From Lama glama (taxonomy: Eukaryota), in assembly GCA_028534125.1 (NCBI GenBank), contig CM052847.1:22754001-22818000 (forward strand): DNA of 64,000 bases, written 5' to 3'. The notes under the pieces were generated by a model that searched no databases, had not been told where the DNA came from, and saw nothing but the letters and a program-made list of their open reading frames with translations. Position 1 is the stretch's first letter; every line of letters begins with the position of its first letter. A program made the translations under genes and the position numbers. Of the stretch, positions 24,028 to 37,043 are shown one piece after another.

Positions 24028-27000
24028 ATTTTTAATGTTCTCCCATGTTTCTCGGTTAAGATCAGCCAGCAGAGTCTTTGAGGACCTACTGTGTACCTAG
24101 AACCCCACTAGGTACAAGGGAGAACATAAAAGGGGAGTCAAGAATTCCTGGAAAGGCTGGGCGCCCCCTTGAGTTCAATGCAGCCCACGAGGGAGCCCCA
24201 CCAGAGCAAAGCACCCCATGATGAGGCTGGGCCATGAGCGTTTTAGGAGTTGGGAGGACGGAGAGGTTTCTCGTGGAGCTCCTCAGAGAGGACACAGGGA
24301 CTGAACTGGGCCTTAAGGGATGAGGGGCTTCGGACTAGCGGAGAAAAGAAAGCGGCAGAAACTCTAGGAGGGGTGGAGCGCAGCAGCATGGGAGCCGGGA
24401 GCGCAGACTTGCACTGGGGCCTTACTGCAGAGGGGACGGGGCGGGGGCGCCGCCCAGGGGTCCGGTGGCAGGGGAGCCAGGGCCGGACGGAGACCTACCC
24501 TGGGGAGGCGCAGGGACTCCGAGCAGAGGCAGGGCTCGTCCTGGTGTCCTTGCCGGTGGAGGCTCCAGAACAAACGGGAAGTCAGGGCGCCCCTTTGGGC
24601 TCTGTGAAGTGGGGAGACGTTCATGCCCTGCCCACATCTCAGGGTCATTTAGCAACAGGGCTCGTGGCGGTAAATGCGGTAAATGCTGGGGTGCATGTGA
24701 TTGCTGTCCCGCTCCGTGGGGCTGCTCTTAGGAAGACTGGCTTGCTTCCCTCTGCAGAATGGACTGGGGACGGGGAGGAAACGGGGTGGGACCTGCTGTC
24801 TGGTCAGGGAAAGCACTCTGAGTCCTTCGTCCGGGTGCCCCTCGGGCCGCTCCGGCCGGTGCTCTCCAGTTCACGTGAGTGGACTCGCGGCCACTGTCCC
24901 TGGCCCTCTTTCACCACATGGTGATTACATCAGCTTTTTGGAGACGGGTATGTATTTGTGGCTTAGGGTTTCCATGGCTCCTGGGTGACTGGCATGAGCC
25001 GCCCAGTGTCCTCCCTTGTGACCTGGCTCCCGTCGTAGGCCCTGACTCTCACCAGTGCTTTGCTGAGAGGTGGGGGCTGTGTGGCTCTGGGCTCCTCCTG
25101 GACGCTGGTGGCCTCCCTGACGCAGTGGGTGGGCAGCAGTGGGGTGGACAGAGCCCAGCAGAGCAAAGAGGAAGGAGCAGGTGACCTAGGGTGACAGAGC
25201 TTCCACCCCTGCCTCTTCTGGCCGGACACTCACTTGCGGAAGAGGCTGAGAGCTGCTGGGACCGCACAGCCGACGGAGAGGACACTTCTGTCCTGCTCCC
25301 CCAGGACTGTGCCCTGGGTGCCGGGCGGCGGTCACCGATGTGGCCTCCGGAATCCATCCCTGCGGCCCGGGTCTCCTCTCCGGGGCCCCGCCGTGCGTGC
25401 TTGCGTCCCCACCGTCTCAGTCAGGCTGCCTCCTTTCCTCTGCCTTTTCGTCGACGCCTCCTCCTGGGCGACAAGGACCTGCCGTCCATCATCCATCAGG
25501 GTTTATTCTCCATCGTGAAAACTGCAGCCAGAAGCTGCTTCTATTTGCTGGTTGGAGTCGGCAGATCAGCCTTCACTCCAGATCTCATAAACCTCTTACA
25601 GTAAAGACCCTCGATGTGAATGCACGTCTCAATAACCAGACAGATCTCCCGACCGCCGGATACCAGCCTCGAGACGGGTCCAATCACACCGTCGTCCGTG
25701 ACGCCCCCATCAGACCTCTGCCTCTGCCACTTGGCGCCAGCCTTGCACAGAGCTGTCCGCGGAGAGGTGCTTATAGAAGTAACTGCTCGAACTTGCGCCT
25801 CTCAAGGCAGGACCTCATTAAACCGAGAAATGGTAGGAGCTGTGCCGTGGACCAGATTAGAACCTGAGACGATATTTCCTGATGGCAAGTGAGGTCCGGG
25901 GCTTTTAAATATCATTATTCACATTCAATCATGCACCGACTGCTTCTGCCTAATTGCTAAATGTTTTCTCTTGTGCTTAAATTCCGTGCCACAGATTATT
26001 AAAAACTGACTTTACAATATTTATTTTACTTATCTTCTCAAGCCAGACTGGGCTTAGCCCATAGATTCTGTGAATTATTAATTTTTAAAGGCAATTTGTG
26101 CTATGTTTTACACTTGGATGATGTCCAGAGAGACACTGGCTTCTAGTCCAACTTGCAGAACTGAATCACTTTGATTCATCTTTAATCTGAAGACTCTTAA
26201 AGCACATACCAGAGATGGAAGGGCTAATGAATCCCTGCAAAAAGCTAACATGCACTTAGTCAACATTTAGATCCAGGGATAAAAGAGGAAACCGCCATTT
26301 TCCGCAGGCCATCTGAGCGGTAACCTTGGACAGCATAACTCACCGGTTTTCTAACAAGAACTGCTTGGAGGCATAGCGAGACGTTCATAAAACCACCAGG
26401 CCAGCAGCACTCCTGTATCACCCGTGACTTACGCAGGGGCCGCACCGCCAACCTTCTGGGCTCACTGGCAAAGCTGCTCCCTCCCAGCGGGCTCTTGGTT
26501 TTCCTCGGACTCAGCCCACTTGCGTGAGAGCCAGGCCAAACCTCTCACAGATTCCCACTTGACTATCTGTGCGCTACAGTGAGGTTCCACGCTCCACACA
26601 CAGAATTCTACATTTAAATTCTGTATTAAGTCAAGAGTCGATCCCGAGACACTGAAAAGGTGAGATGCTCAGTAACCAAACGAGGTCACCTGGCACCTCT
26701 GTGTTTCTATAAAATCCCTGCTTTGGTCTCATTTTTCTTAAAACCAACCTTGTCTACATGACGAAGAGCCAGGGTTCCAGGTGAAGGTGTTTCTTCCCAG
26801 GCTCTGTGCTTACACTTACAAAAGGAATGTAGGACGTACGTGCCTGGTGCCCGGCACACGGGACATGCGACAAAAAAGGGAAATTTCCCCAAAAATATTA
26901 ATAAGAATGAGATGTGGGTGTGTCTCCCCCGAAGTGTCTGAAGGATCCCAGGAAACAGAACAACGGAAACTGCGTCATTGGGCAGCACCAGCGTCCTGGG

Positions 27001-27545
27001 GGGGGGTTTCCACATGTTCCGAGAAGCTTTGGTGTGTTTACAGCAATCTGGAACGTTCTCTGTGCTCTTTTATTTTGAACTATTTTATCAATGTTGTTCA
27101 ACCTAAAACTAGCCTGGGCACGAGGCAGACTTTTTCTTTCTCTTTCCAAAGCTGTTTCAGTGTTTTGTTGATTCCTTGACGAGCAGAGGCGACTGTGGGT
27201 GTCACGTCTCTCCAGCATGTGGTGCCTTAGGGGTCCCGGCCAGAGGCTCCTCCAGTGTGGACACAGTGAGAGCCCAGGAGAAGGCCGGGAGGTGCGTCCA
27301 GACGTGAGCCCTGAGCCTGAACTCAGACTTGTCCTGGAGCCTCACAGATTCTCACGGGTGATCTGAAGTTCAGGATACCGTCCCCCGCGTGGGACTGGGC
27401 TGCTAGTGTTTTGCAGACAATTTAATGAAGCGCTGTGGTTACCAGGACGGTCAGTCCAGAGGCGGTCTGCAGACCCTCCCTGAACCCACAAGGCCGGGGA
27501 GGTACCACGTGATCCCAGTCCTGAGATGAGCCCAGTTCAGAGAGA

Positions 27546-27710
27546 ACATCCATCCATCCATCCACTCACCCCTCCATCCATCTATCCACTCATCCATACA
27601 TCCATCCATATGTCTACACAGCCATCCATCCATCCACCCACCCACCTGTCCACTCACCCCTCCATCCATCCATCCATCCAGTCATCCATACATCCACCCA
27701 CCCGTCCACT
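27546..27710. repeat. Degenerate (CCAT)n/(CCAC)n simple repeat
   Basis: Read directly. Confidence 0.9.
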
Positions 27711-30700
27711 CGTCCTTCACCAGGACGCCCACTCTCCTGCCCAGTCCCAAGTCCATATAGTAGCAAGCCTCCATGTCACACAGGGTCTTGCTAGGTCCCC
27801 CAGGTTCACTCTAACATCCCCCTTCCTGGCCCTGGCCCCTCAGGGGGAGCAGGGCATCTCCGATGCTCCCAGACTATTCCAGCCTCTTTAGCATGGGATC
27901 TTGTCCAGGCTGCACACCTGCTGAGAAGCAGTCGTGCCGCCGTCCCCTAGAGTCCATGCCCAGGGTCCAGCCACCCTCCCATTGGCCCAAGACAGTGGGC
28001 AAGTCCCGCTTTCTGTGGAGTTGGTCTTGAGTGGTGGAGACAGGTGTGTGCATGGAGGAAAATGAAGAGTCAGTGACCCCAATATGCACCTGCGCACACG
28101 AGCCACCAGTTGCCGTGTTCAATGCTCACGACAGTATATGGGCAGCTGCTCTCTGTAGAGACGCCTGGGCGCACGAAGGGGAAGGAGCAGAGGGAGGGCC
28201 CAGGCCGGCAGCAAGGCTGAGAGCCGGGCCTGTGTCTGGTGAGACCACTGGACCCGCCCGGAGCCGGGGGACCCAGGACCTGCCCTTTGGCCGAATTCCA
28301 TGCCTGTGACTCCAGGTCCTTCCACTGCTCTTGAGCTGATCGCCACGTTCTGTCTGCTCCACGCTCTCTCTGAAGGCAGGATTATCGCGGGGTTTACACA
28401 TAAGCTCAGAAGTATTTTCTGCTGTTGTGGACTTTTTTGAATTTCTAGATCTAATAGCTGTAAAGAGAAATAGACAGCTATTTTAAATCAAGAGCGAAGT
28501 CACAAATCCACAGAGCAAAAGCTCAAATGTAATTTAAATGTGCGGGTAGAGATTGTTAAGGTTTCTTAGTTGTGCAAACACTCCTTTTAGCAAACGTTCC
28601 TGGGCCCCCTTTCCAGTAGACACTCCAGGCGGTTGCAGGAGACGGCAGAGACGTCCAGCTCTCGGGAGCATTTTTAAATGTCTTTTAAAGGCCCGAGGGC
28701 TGCCCGAGACTGAAGCCCTCGGCGCGGCAGCCCGGGCGTCTCCAGCCTCACCCGGAGACAAGGGCCCTTGACAAGGGACAGGCATCTCACTTGTTGTCTT
28801 TACCCTGAAACGCCTGCTTCGGAGTCCTTGACAATTTCTCAGAAAACAAGTTTCCTCAAGTTTCCTGGTAACTTGGCCAAAGCAAGGCAGAAATTAAGGG
28901 ATCAGCTCTGTCGGGGTCTCCATTTCTGCCGAGTTCTTAAGTCGATCCCAGGTGAAAGTTGTTTCAAACAGAAATTTTAGAGTAGAGAAATGACACTGAC
29001 AGTCATAAAGCAGCAGCTTCCAAACTTCAGTCGAAAACACAGAAAAGCAGAGATGAGCTTTTGCTATGGGTGGATTTGGCAGGCACGGCGGTGGCCCTTC
29101 CTGTGCACCGGCGTGGTCTGGGCCCTGGGGCAGCCTCCCTGCACACAGCAGCCTGAGGGTGGATGGACCACCGGGTTGGAGGACGAAGCCCGGGGCCCAG
29201 CTGGGCGGGAGGCGGAGCTGCTCCCACGCGAGACTCTGTCCAGAACACAGCCCCACCTGCACGTGCGATTCCTAGCAGGCCTGTCCCCCGGCCGGAGGCT
29301 GGGCCCCACGGTCCCCGCAGATTTGGGAAACTGTCCTGGCTCTGGGACTCTGCAGACAGTTCCTGGAGCAACAGAGCATCAAATTCTTGGCTTTGGGTTC
29401 AGAAAATCTCAGGCACCACTGTAGATCAGGTAGGGACTTAGGAAAATATGTCACTGGGAATCTTGGTTGTTCTGATACCACCCCACAACCTGCGCATCGG
29501 CCTGGAGAGCCAGGAAGGGGAGCTGGTGCTGCCGGCCAGGCAGCCATGGTTAATCCTCCCGGCGGACACACTTAACGTCCTCGAGAAAGGCCAGGACACC
29601 TCCCATGGAGGTGGGGCACGTGAGAACTGGCTGGGCCGCCTCCTCCGTTTCCTGCTTTCCAACGATTTGTGGTGAAGATGGGCTGAGCCCATCGGGGCCA
29701 GGGCAGTTTGGGGCCTCAGCTCTCAACTGGGACGGTGGGAAGCGAGACCTCCCCTCCCCTCTGCAGTGAGGCCGGCGTGGTTTTCCCACGATCCTGGTGG
29801 ACACTGGTGGTTAAGCTCGGAGCCCTGCTCCCAGAAACTGTCCCGCAAGGGAGACAGTGCCTTCGGGGTCAGGGACAAACACAAGGGAACCACAAGGTGA
29901 GAGGTGGCTCCTTCAACCTCAGACATTTGGAGCCGACGTAGCCTCGCCTGCGGTGGGCACCGGCAGCCTGGGACCGGAGGAGGGACTGTCCCACGACAGA
30001 CACCGCCCTCCCCCAGAGGCCCGGGGCCGGAACGTGCAGTGTGGGAGTTAAATAAAGCAAGGGCACGTCTGCTTCCTCATTTGAGAAATAAGCTTCAACC
30101 TGGGTAAAACTCTGCCCAGGAAACTCTGGAATGCAGTTGCTACCAAACCTGCCGGCCACGCGCTCACATGTCGGACGGACTCGGGGTTGCTGCTGAAGGA
30201 GCGATGGGTGAGCCCCGACCTCGCGGCAGGACAATCTTGGAAGAAGCTGCCGGCCCCCTCGTGGGCTCTGAGCCTGGAAAGGCCTCTCCACACCGTCATT
30301 ACCCACTGCCGCCTCTGCCCCGCGTGGGGAAGGGCACACGGCCGCGTCCGGGCTGTGTGGCTGGTGGGTCTGACAGGCCCTTGTTCAGACTGACCTACTC
30401 TCCTCGCCGTGGGGACAGAGCCCACGGTTGCGCCCGCAACTCAACATTTGTGGGGGACGTGGGGCACCTCCTTGACCTCCCAGAGGGGTGCAGACTGAAG
30501 AAAGCAGTTAGACATTGCAAAGCCCCTGGGCACCTTGGCAGAGACGGGTCTCTCAGTGAAGTGTGAGCACACCCCTTCAGATGCAGACTTTGTCATCCCG
30601 GTCCACCCTCCCCGCCCATCACCTGCCCGCCGTCTGCATCTTGGCCTGCTGTTCACGCAGAGCAATCTGTTGTGAGTTGGTTTGCTTTGCGGCTTCTCCC

Positions 30701-31477
30701 CCCTCCCCCCCCCCGCCTCCAAAAATAATCCGGGTGCAGCTGGAACAGGCCCGCACACCAGCCCAAGGTGTCCGCGTGGTCTTCAAGGCCACTCAGGGCC
30801 CCATGATCCTGGTCTGGTCAAAACCCAACCTGGAGGTGCCTCCGTTGGTGTGGGGGTGTCTTCGTGCTGTGGCTTTGAGGGGAGGCTTCCCAGGAGAATG
30901 ACCTGCCTGAAAAAGTAAACCAGGAGGAAGGGTGGATCCCTGAGAGACCTTTGGTCCCCAGCGGCTCACGCAGAGCCACGGCTTCTGCCCCCTGGAGCTG
31001 GGAGCCGCATTGGTCGGTGGTCCTCCCGGCTGCCCGCCTGCTGAGCTTCAGGTTACATCCACGGAATCTGGGAGCTCTGAAGGGGAGTTTAGGCGTCGTG
31101 TATCTCCTGACTTCCTTTGAATCTTTAAAGGGAAGGCAGGCCCTACTCTGTGCGCCCCGCCCCTCACACATGCCCAGCCCCGCACGAGCCCCCCTCGGAA
31201 CCCCGAGACTGGGCCTCGCTTGCCGGCCATTTCCAATCTCTGAAACCCAGTCCAGCCCGGACTGAAATTGAGCATCTCGTGACCAAGTCTAAGCCCGTCC
31301 AGGGGGACGGGGGGAGGGTCTCTGCGGGCCGGGCCCCGGTTGCAGGGTGTCCACTCGGAGGCCCGCCCTGGCCTCACGTCCTCCAGCTCAGGTTTCAGGT
31401 GCTGCTTCTCCCCAGGCAGGGGGGGTGTGGTGGCTCCAGGGGCCCGTGCCCGTGTGTCCGGCTCCTCCTGGGTGAGA

Positions 31478-31550
31478 GCTCTCTCTCTCTCTCCCCGTCT
31501 CTGTCTCTCTCTGTCTCTGTCTCTGTCTCTGTCCCTCTGTCTCTCTCTCA
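31478..31550. repeat. (CT)n/(CTCTGT)n simple repeat
   Basis: Read directly. Confidence 0.9.
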
Positions 31551-31944
31551 CCCCTTGCTCATCCCTCACAATCCGCAAGTTTCATGTGTGCTGCCCTCAG
31601 GTCCCCTCGGGCCCCCAGTTCAGAATCAAGGCCCCGTGCCCTGGGTACTGGTTACCCCCCAGACAGAGCAGCCAGGTTTCAGAACCCCCTCCTTGAGCTT
31701 GGACACACCCTGACTCACAATTTCCATGGACGGGCACTTGCTCTGGAGCCGGCCCTCCTGCCCAGAGGCGGCCTTTGTGCTCAGGGAGTGGCGGACGTCA
31801 GTCAGCACCTCCTGCGGTCTCCTCGCGGACCACCTGGACCCCCAGGACAGGCCAGGTCTCTCGGCATCTCCCCTTCAAGCATCAGTGTGTGGAACCACTG
31901 ACTACGGCGCAGACATTTGCCTTCAGTAAAGGCTCGCTGAGTGA

Positions 31945-32256
31945 CTGTCTTAGCTCGGACCGCCCTGATGAAGGACTACGGATGGCCTTAGCCAACAAGC
32001 ACTCATTTCTCATGGTTCTGGCAGCTGGGTTCTGAGATGCAGGCCCCGCTCCTGCGCCGTCCACTCCCGTGGCCACACATGGCCGTCCCTCTGAGTCCAC
32101 GACACCAGGCGTGTGAGATTAGGACCCACCCAAGGATCTCCTTTGACCGTAATCGCCTCTTTAAAGACCCCGTCTCCAAACACAGTCACCTTCTGACGGC
32201 CCGGGGATCAGAACTTCAGGGTGAATTTTGGGGAGAACACAGTTCGGCCCATGCAG
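31945..32256 (-). mobile_element. MLT1-type MaLR LTR
   Basis: tgtcttagctcgg...catttctcatggttctgg...gattaggacccaccc...taaagaccccgtctccaaacacagtcac...ttttggggagaacacagttcggcccat. Confidence 0.8.
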
Positions 32257-33567
32257 TGACCAAGGAACCAGCTATAGGCTGGCCACCATTTACAGTCAGA
32301 TCCTGGGTTTACCCACCTGGAAGCTGCCAGGAGAAACCCTCACCCCTTGTAGGAACCAAAGCCCCTCCTGTGACAGAGCTCAGTGCAGACCCAGAATCTC
32401 TCTTTGCCTGAACAACCTTGTTCACAGATGGCAGCTTGAAAACAGTCTCTTAAAATACGTGTTCCTGAAAATCTGCGAGAAGACGTCTTCGCTCCAGGAT
32501 GCTGCTCCCTTCTCCTGCCTGCCCGGAGGTTAATTATTTTCTTGCTTCCCGGGGTAACGCACCTGTTCAAACTGCCTTGCGTCCGTGTTCAGATGGAAGC
32601 AGCATCCGTGGAAGTCAGACCCAGGTTGGAGTAGGGGTTTGGTGAGGGAAGAAAGTGGGTCAGGCTTGGGGGCGGCCATCTGTCAGAGTGTGTTTTGGCA
32701 AAAGGAAAACACAAGGAGGGAACTTACCAAGGAGGCCGGGGTTTGCAGCCCAGAGGCCCCGAGCACTCCGCGGCCCCAGCTGTCATGCTCCTTCTTGCCA
32801 CGTGGCTGAGCCGTGCCGGACATGGCAGCGCGTGGCCCACAAACTCAGAAGACACAAGGGCAAAACCTCACGCTAAACTGTGGAAATAGGGCAAGACCAA
32901 AGTGCCCCATTTACCCAGTGTTTTGAGAATAACCTGTACCTCGAACTCTTTAATGCCTTTCAGGAGGCGAACATAAGATCAAATCTGTAGACAGTTTGGC
33001 GATTGCAGTTTTCAATGAAAGTTCCAGGAAATGTGTTACTTCCCACAGATGAATTGCCCCGATGCCTGACGTGGGCTCGTGCCCCAAAGTGGGTTTTGAA
33101 GGTTTCATCTTCCTCAGTAAAAATGGGTTCATCAATTGTGGGTAAGCAAAGCACTCTCTGACAGCAAACACAGCTTTCACCAGAGCCGGCTCAGAAAAGG
33201 GGGACCTCGTCACGGCCCCTCGTGTCCCCCGGTGGGTCAGCTGAGGGTCCCCAGGCTCCGCGACCCACACGGCCAGGGTGGCGCTCGCCGCCCGAATCCA
33301 GTCCCACCTCCTGAGGCTTCTGTCTCCCCTCACACGCCCCCACCCCGTGCCTGCACACATCCAGGCACCCTGGGTCCGAGGACGGTTCCCAAGGACCTTC
33401 ACATGAGATTCTCTTTGCCACAGCGTTAAAGCCTCTTTGGTGCATTTGAAGTTTCAAACCTGTAAAATAAGAGAGAAAAAGAAAGCAAGCGAGGGCCCAG
33501 TCAGAGCCCAGCTGCACATACAGTTCACTCTTTAATACGTCAGCCTCAACTCTCTCCTTTCTATTTT

Positions 33568-33925
33568 TCACTTTTTAAATTTTTTTGTGTTGAAGTAATC
33601 TTGATTCACAATGTTGTGTTAGTTTCTGGTGCACAGCCCAGTTACACGTATATACTCTTTTCCATCATAGGCCATTGCAAGATACTGAATACAGTCCCCT
33701 GTGCTACACAGTAGGGCCTTGTTGTTTATCTGCTTTATATATAGTGGTGTGTATCTGCTAATCCCAGAGTCCTAACTTATCCCTCCCCTCCCCTCCGGTA
33801 ACCGTAGGTTTGTTCTCTATGTCTGTGCGTCTGTTTCTGTTTTGTTAAGTAAGTCCATTTGTGCCGTTCTGTGAGATCCCACATAGAAGTGATGGCATAA
33901 GATATTTGCCTTTCTCTGTCTGAAG
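33568..33925 (-). mobile_element. Cetartiodactyl-type L1 3' end (3' UTR plus decayed poly-A)
   Basis: T-rich tail followed by acaatgttgtgttagtttctggtg...ccctgtgctacacagtagg...tttgttctctatgtctgtg...tttctctgtctga. Confidence 0.85.
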
Positions 33926-33999
33926 TTTTCTCCTTTCTAGATTAAATGCTTTGATGCTTACTTCACATTATTTATTTTCTTGTCCAGTCACAGTTTTAT

Positions 34000-35470
34000 C
34001 TTTTAACATTTTTAAATAACCAAAGTACAGTTTATATACAGAAAACTGTGCACACTGTGTGTTGTAGTGACAACGTGTCTCTGTCTAAACAGAACGTTCC
34101 GTCACGCCAGAAAGACCCTCCTCCTTCCCAGCTGCGCTGCCTGACCCTTGGGGACAGCCCCGTCTCAACTCTTCCAACAGAGAGTAGTCTTACCTGTTCA
34201 GAATCACACAGCATGTTTTTTTTTTTAAATGCCTAGATTTTTTTCTTTTTTTTTGCTCAGCATGGTGTTCTAGAGATTCATCCGTCTCATAATGTACTTT
34301 AGTCCTTCAGTCCTGTTTTTCCGTAGCATCCATTGTGTATGTTCAAGACAATTCATTTGCACATTCTTCTGTTAGTAGGCGTTGGGATGCTTCAGTTTTG
34401 AGCTGTCATGAATACAGAATGAGCTACACGTTCTGGATGAGGTCTTTTCGTGAACACGTTTCATTTATCTTGGGTAAATTTCTGGAAGTAGCTTTGGTGG
34501 CAGTCATAGACTAAGTGTCCATTTACGCAGCCAGAACATTTCCCAAAGCTGCCATCCCTGTGGACAGAATTCCTGATTTCCCTTCAGTCCCTTTAGTCTC
34601 AGACATTCCGAGGGGTGACCTGGTTTCTCTCTCTGGTTTAGTTTGCGTTTCTCTCATGTGTGTGACTGTTGAGTGCTTCTCGATGTGTTTATTTACTGGC
34701 TATTGGAGTATGTTCCTCCAGTTTCTATTTAAGCATTTTGCCCACTTTTTAATTTGAATTTTCTGTCCTTTATTATTAAGTTGCAAGAGTTCTTCCTGTA
34801 TTTCAGATGAAAATCAGTTGTCCGGATTGTACGTGTGTTATCCTGATCTGTGGCTTGCTTCTTGTTTTCTTAACTGTTTATTTCACTGAGCTGAAATTTT
34901 TAATTTTGGTGGAAACTAATTTATATTTTCTTTATGATTACTGCTTTTTATATACCGTCTAAAATCTGCCTACATGAAAATCACGAAAGTCATCTGCTAT
35001 ATTTTCTTCTACAAGTTTTATAGTGTTAGGTTTTGCATTTAGGTTTATGATCCACTTTGTGATAATTTCCACACACAGCATGAGACAGAGCTCAGAATTC
35101 ACTTTTTCCACCATGATGCAGTTTTTCAGCACTGTTTTTTAAAAAGACACTTTCACCCCATCGTATTACTTTGAGGTCTTTGTTGAAAATCAGTGCATCG
35201 TACAGGTGTGATTCTATTTCCAAGCCCTCTACTTTGTTCCATTTTTCCGTTTACCCATCTTTTGTTTGTCTGTTTGGGGGGGAGAAATCAGGTTGATCCA
35301 TTTATTTTGTTGAGGGTCCCGGGGACCGAAGCCAGGACCTCGTGCCTGCCGAGCAGGTGCTCAACCCTGTACTTCCTGCCCCCGTTATCGATCTTTATGC
35401 TGTTACGTAACGGCATTTCTTCTTTGTTACCAGTATTCTCAACCAATGTGATTTCATGTTTCCAGGAAAG
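34000..35470 (-). mobile_element. Older L1M 3' fragment, interrupted by a SINE
   Basis: L1-antisense text (gagattcatcc, tttgcgtttctctcatg, aggtttatgatccactttg, tttgttgaaaatcag) that continues on both sides of the SINE at 35261-35383. Confidence 0.75.
35261..35383 (-). mobile_element. Camelid tRNA-derived SINE (Vic-1-like)
   Basis: The reverse complement reads GGGGGCAGG...GAGCACCTGCTCGGCAGGCACGAGGTCCTGGCTTCGGTCCCC (B-box-like). The + strand carries the tail GGGGGGGAGAAATCAGGTTGATCCATTTATTTT. Degenerate TSD ccgtttacccatcttt / ccgttatcgatcttt. Confidence 0.8.
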
Positions 35471-35689
35471 GGCTTCTGCTCCCTGAAAATGCTTCCCCAC
35501 CAGAACCATATGAACTCACTCCAACAAGGGCCAAAACCATTTATTTTGCACCTAGTAGTAAGGTGTATAATGCAACTGCCTGGATCAGTCCAAAGAACTC
35601 ATTTAAACGTTGTCAGCGTGACTCACAGTGACCATGTTGCGGAAAAATGTATTACAGCTTGGAGATACAGCTCAGTTGTGACGTCAACC

Positions 35690-36197
35690 TGTAACCAGGC
35701 AAAAGACACAGTAGCACCCAGACAGTGGAGAACTCAGGCTTATTACACCAGAAAGCCCAGACCAGTTAACTCTGCAAGCTCCGAACCCCACTTGTAGATT
35801 TACACAGGCCTTTTATAGGCTGCCAGTTTTACACTTTGCAACATCATATGCAAATAAAGTACAACAGAAGTTGACCAACCAGGAACAAGCTTTGTAGAAA
35901 TAGCCCCATCAGGAGTGAGCGCCATGCAAATGAATAGTACAAATGGACCAATCAGAAGTTAGGGAAGTGGACCAATCAGAAGTGAGAGTAATAACCAATC
36001 AGAAGTGAGAGTAATAACCAATCAGGAGTGAAGGAAAGTGAGCTCAGGGAACCAATAGAATTCTAGGTGTAAGTTAGCCGCTTTGGAGGCAAAAAGTGAG
36101 ATAGAGCCTCTGCGCTAGGAAACCGGACGGTGCTGGGAGGAGAGCAGCCGCCCTGCCCAGGGCTCCTGCCGGTCTTTTTATGGGGCTTCCTGCCTCA
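35690..36197 (-). mobile_element. ERV solo LTR (~508 bp), antisense to ADARB2
   Basis: TG...CA termini, with TCAACC at both junctions (35684-35689 and 36195-36200). Minus-strand TATAAAA at 35811-35817, ATGCAAAT at 35848 and 35924, CCAAT at 35948, 35972, 35995, 36018 and 36052. Confidence 0.75.
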
Positions 36198-36229
36198 ACC
36201 GGAGCTTCCCCAGACACAACTCCTGGTTG

Positions 36230-37035
36230 GAGGGCTGCCCGGGGCGCCGTCCTCACCAGGGCCGGGCCGGTCCAGGTCACTCAACTCATCAGGCCAGCCC
36301 AGCCGGTCCTCACCGGGTGCTCTGGGCCGAGGGGAGGCGCCACGGGCAGGAGCGTCTGCGGGGAGGGGAGCGCCGGCCCCTTCCGGCCCCTTCCGGCCCC
36401 TTCCGGCCCCTTCCGGCCCCTTCCGGCCCCTTCCGGCCCCTGTCCCTGGACGAACACCCCTCCCCCTTCAGACCTCCCGCTGAGAGGCTGGGGAGGCCGC
36501 GGGAGGGCGGGACGTGTGTGGTCCCGCTTCTCGGCGCACCCACGACGTCCGGCGTGGAGAGGAACCAAAGCCTGGCCTCTGTTTTTCGTCCGAGCGACCC
36601 GTGTGAAACCGGACTTCAAAAGCGGACTGAGATGAACGCAGAGACCAGAGCTGCCGGATGTCGGAGCTCTGCTCACACGGAGCCGGCTGGAGTAGGTGCC
36701 GACCCGCCAGGCGCGGGTCAAGGAAACGGCTGCCGAGAAGGGCGCTGACGTCAGGCAGGTGGGCCTGTCATTTTTCTAAATAAGAAACCTGATTCCTCGC
36801 CCTTTTGCCGATGGCCTTCCGAAGACGCCGCCTGCCCTTCCTGGGACCGTCGCTTCTCACTCAGGGTTCGCAGTGTCCCCCTGGCGGAGCCGCGTGGCGG
36901 GCGGCGCTGGTGCGACTTCGCGGGGACTCGCGGCAGGCGGAGGTCAGCAGCCGTGCTGGCTCCCGTCTCGTCTGGTCTGGCGGGTCCAAGCCGGCCCCTG
37001 GAACCAGAACCCACCGCCCCGGAGGCGGCAGCAGG
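36230..37035. promoter_or_regulatory. Intronic CpG-island-like segment with CRE palindrome and ETS-motif array
   Basis: Very high CpG density by eye, TGACGTCA at 36746-36753, GGGCGG GC box near 36505 and the (TTCCGGCCCC)n array. Confidence 0.5.
36373..36440. repeat. Perfect 10-bp tandem repeat (TTCCGGCCCC)x6 plus a partial unit
   Basis: Read directly: six exact units at 36381-36440. Confidence 0.97.
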
Positions 37036-37043
37036 GCACAGAG

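Noticed and set aside
25751-25774. REST/NRSE-like site on the minus strand (AGCACC-N7-GGACAGCT)
   Set aside because: Non-canonical spacer and a mismatched left half-site, so too weak to call without ChIP.
23941-35383. Inverted SINE pair forming an editing duplex
   Set aside because: The copies are ~11 kb apart, short and heavily diverged, so stable pairing is unlikely.
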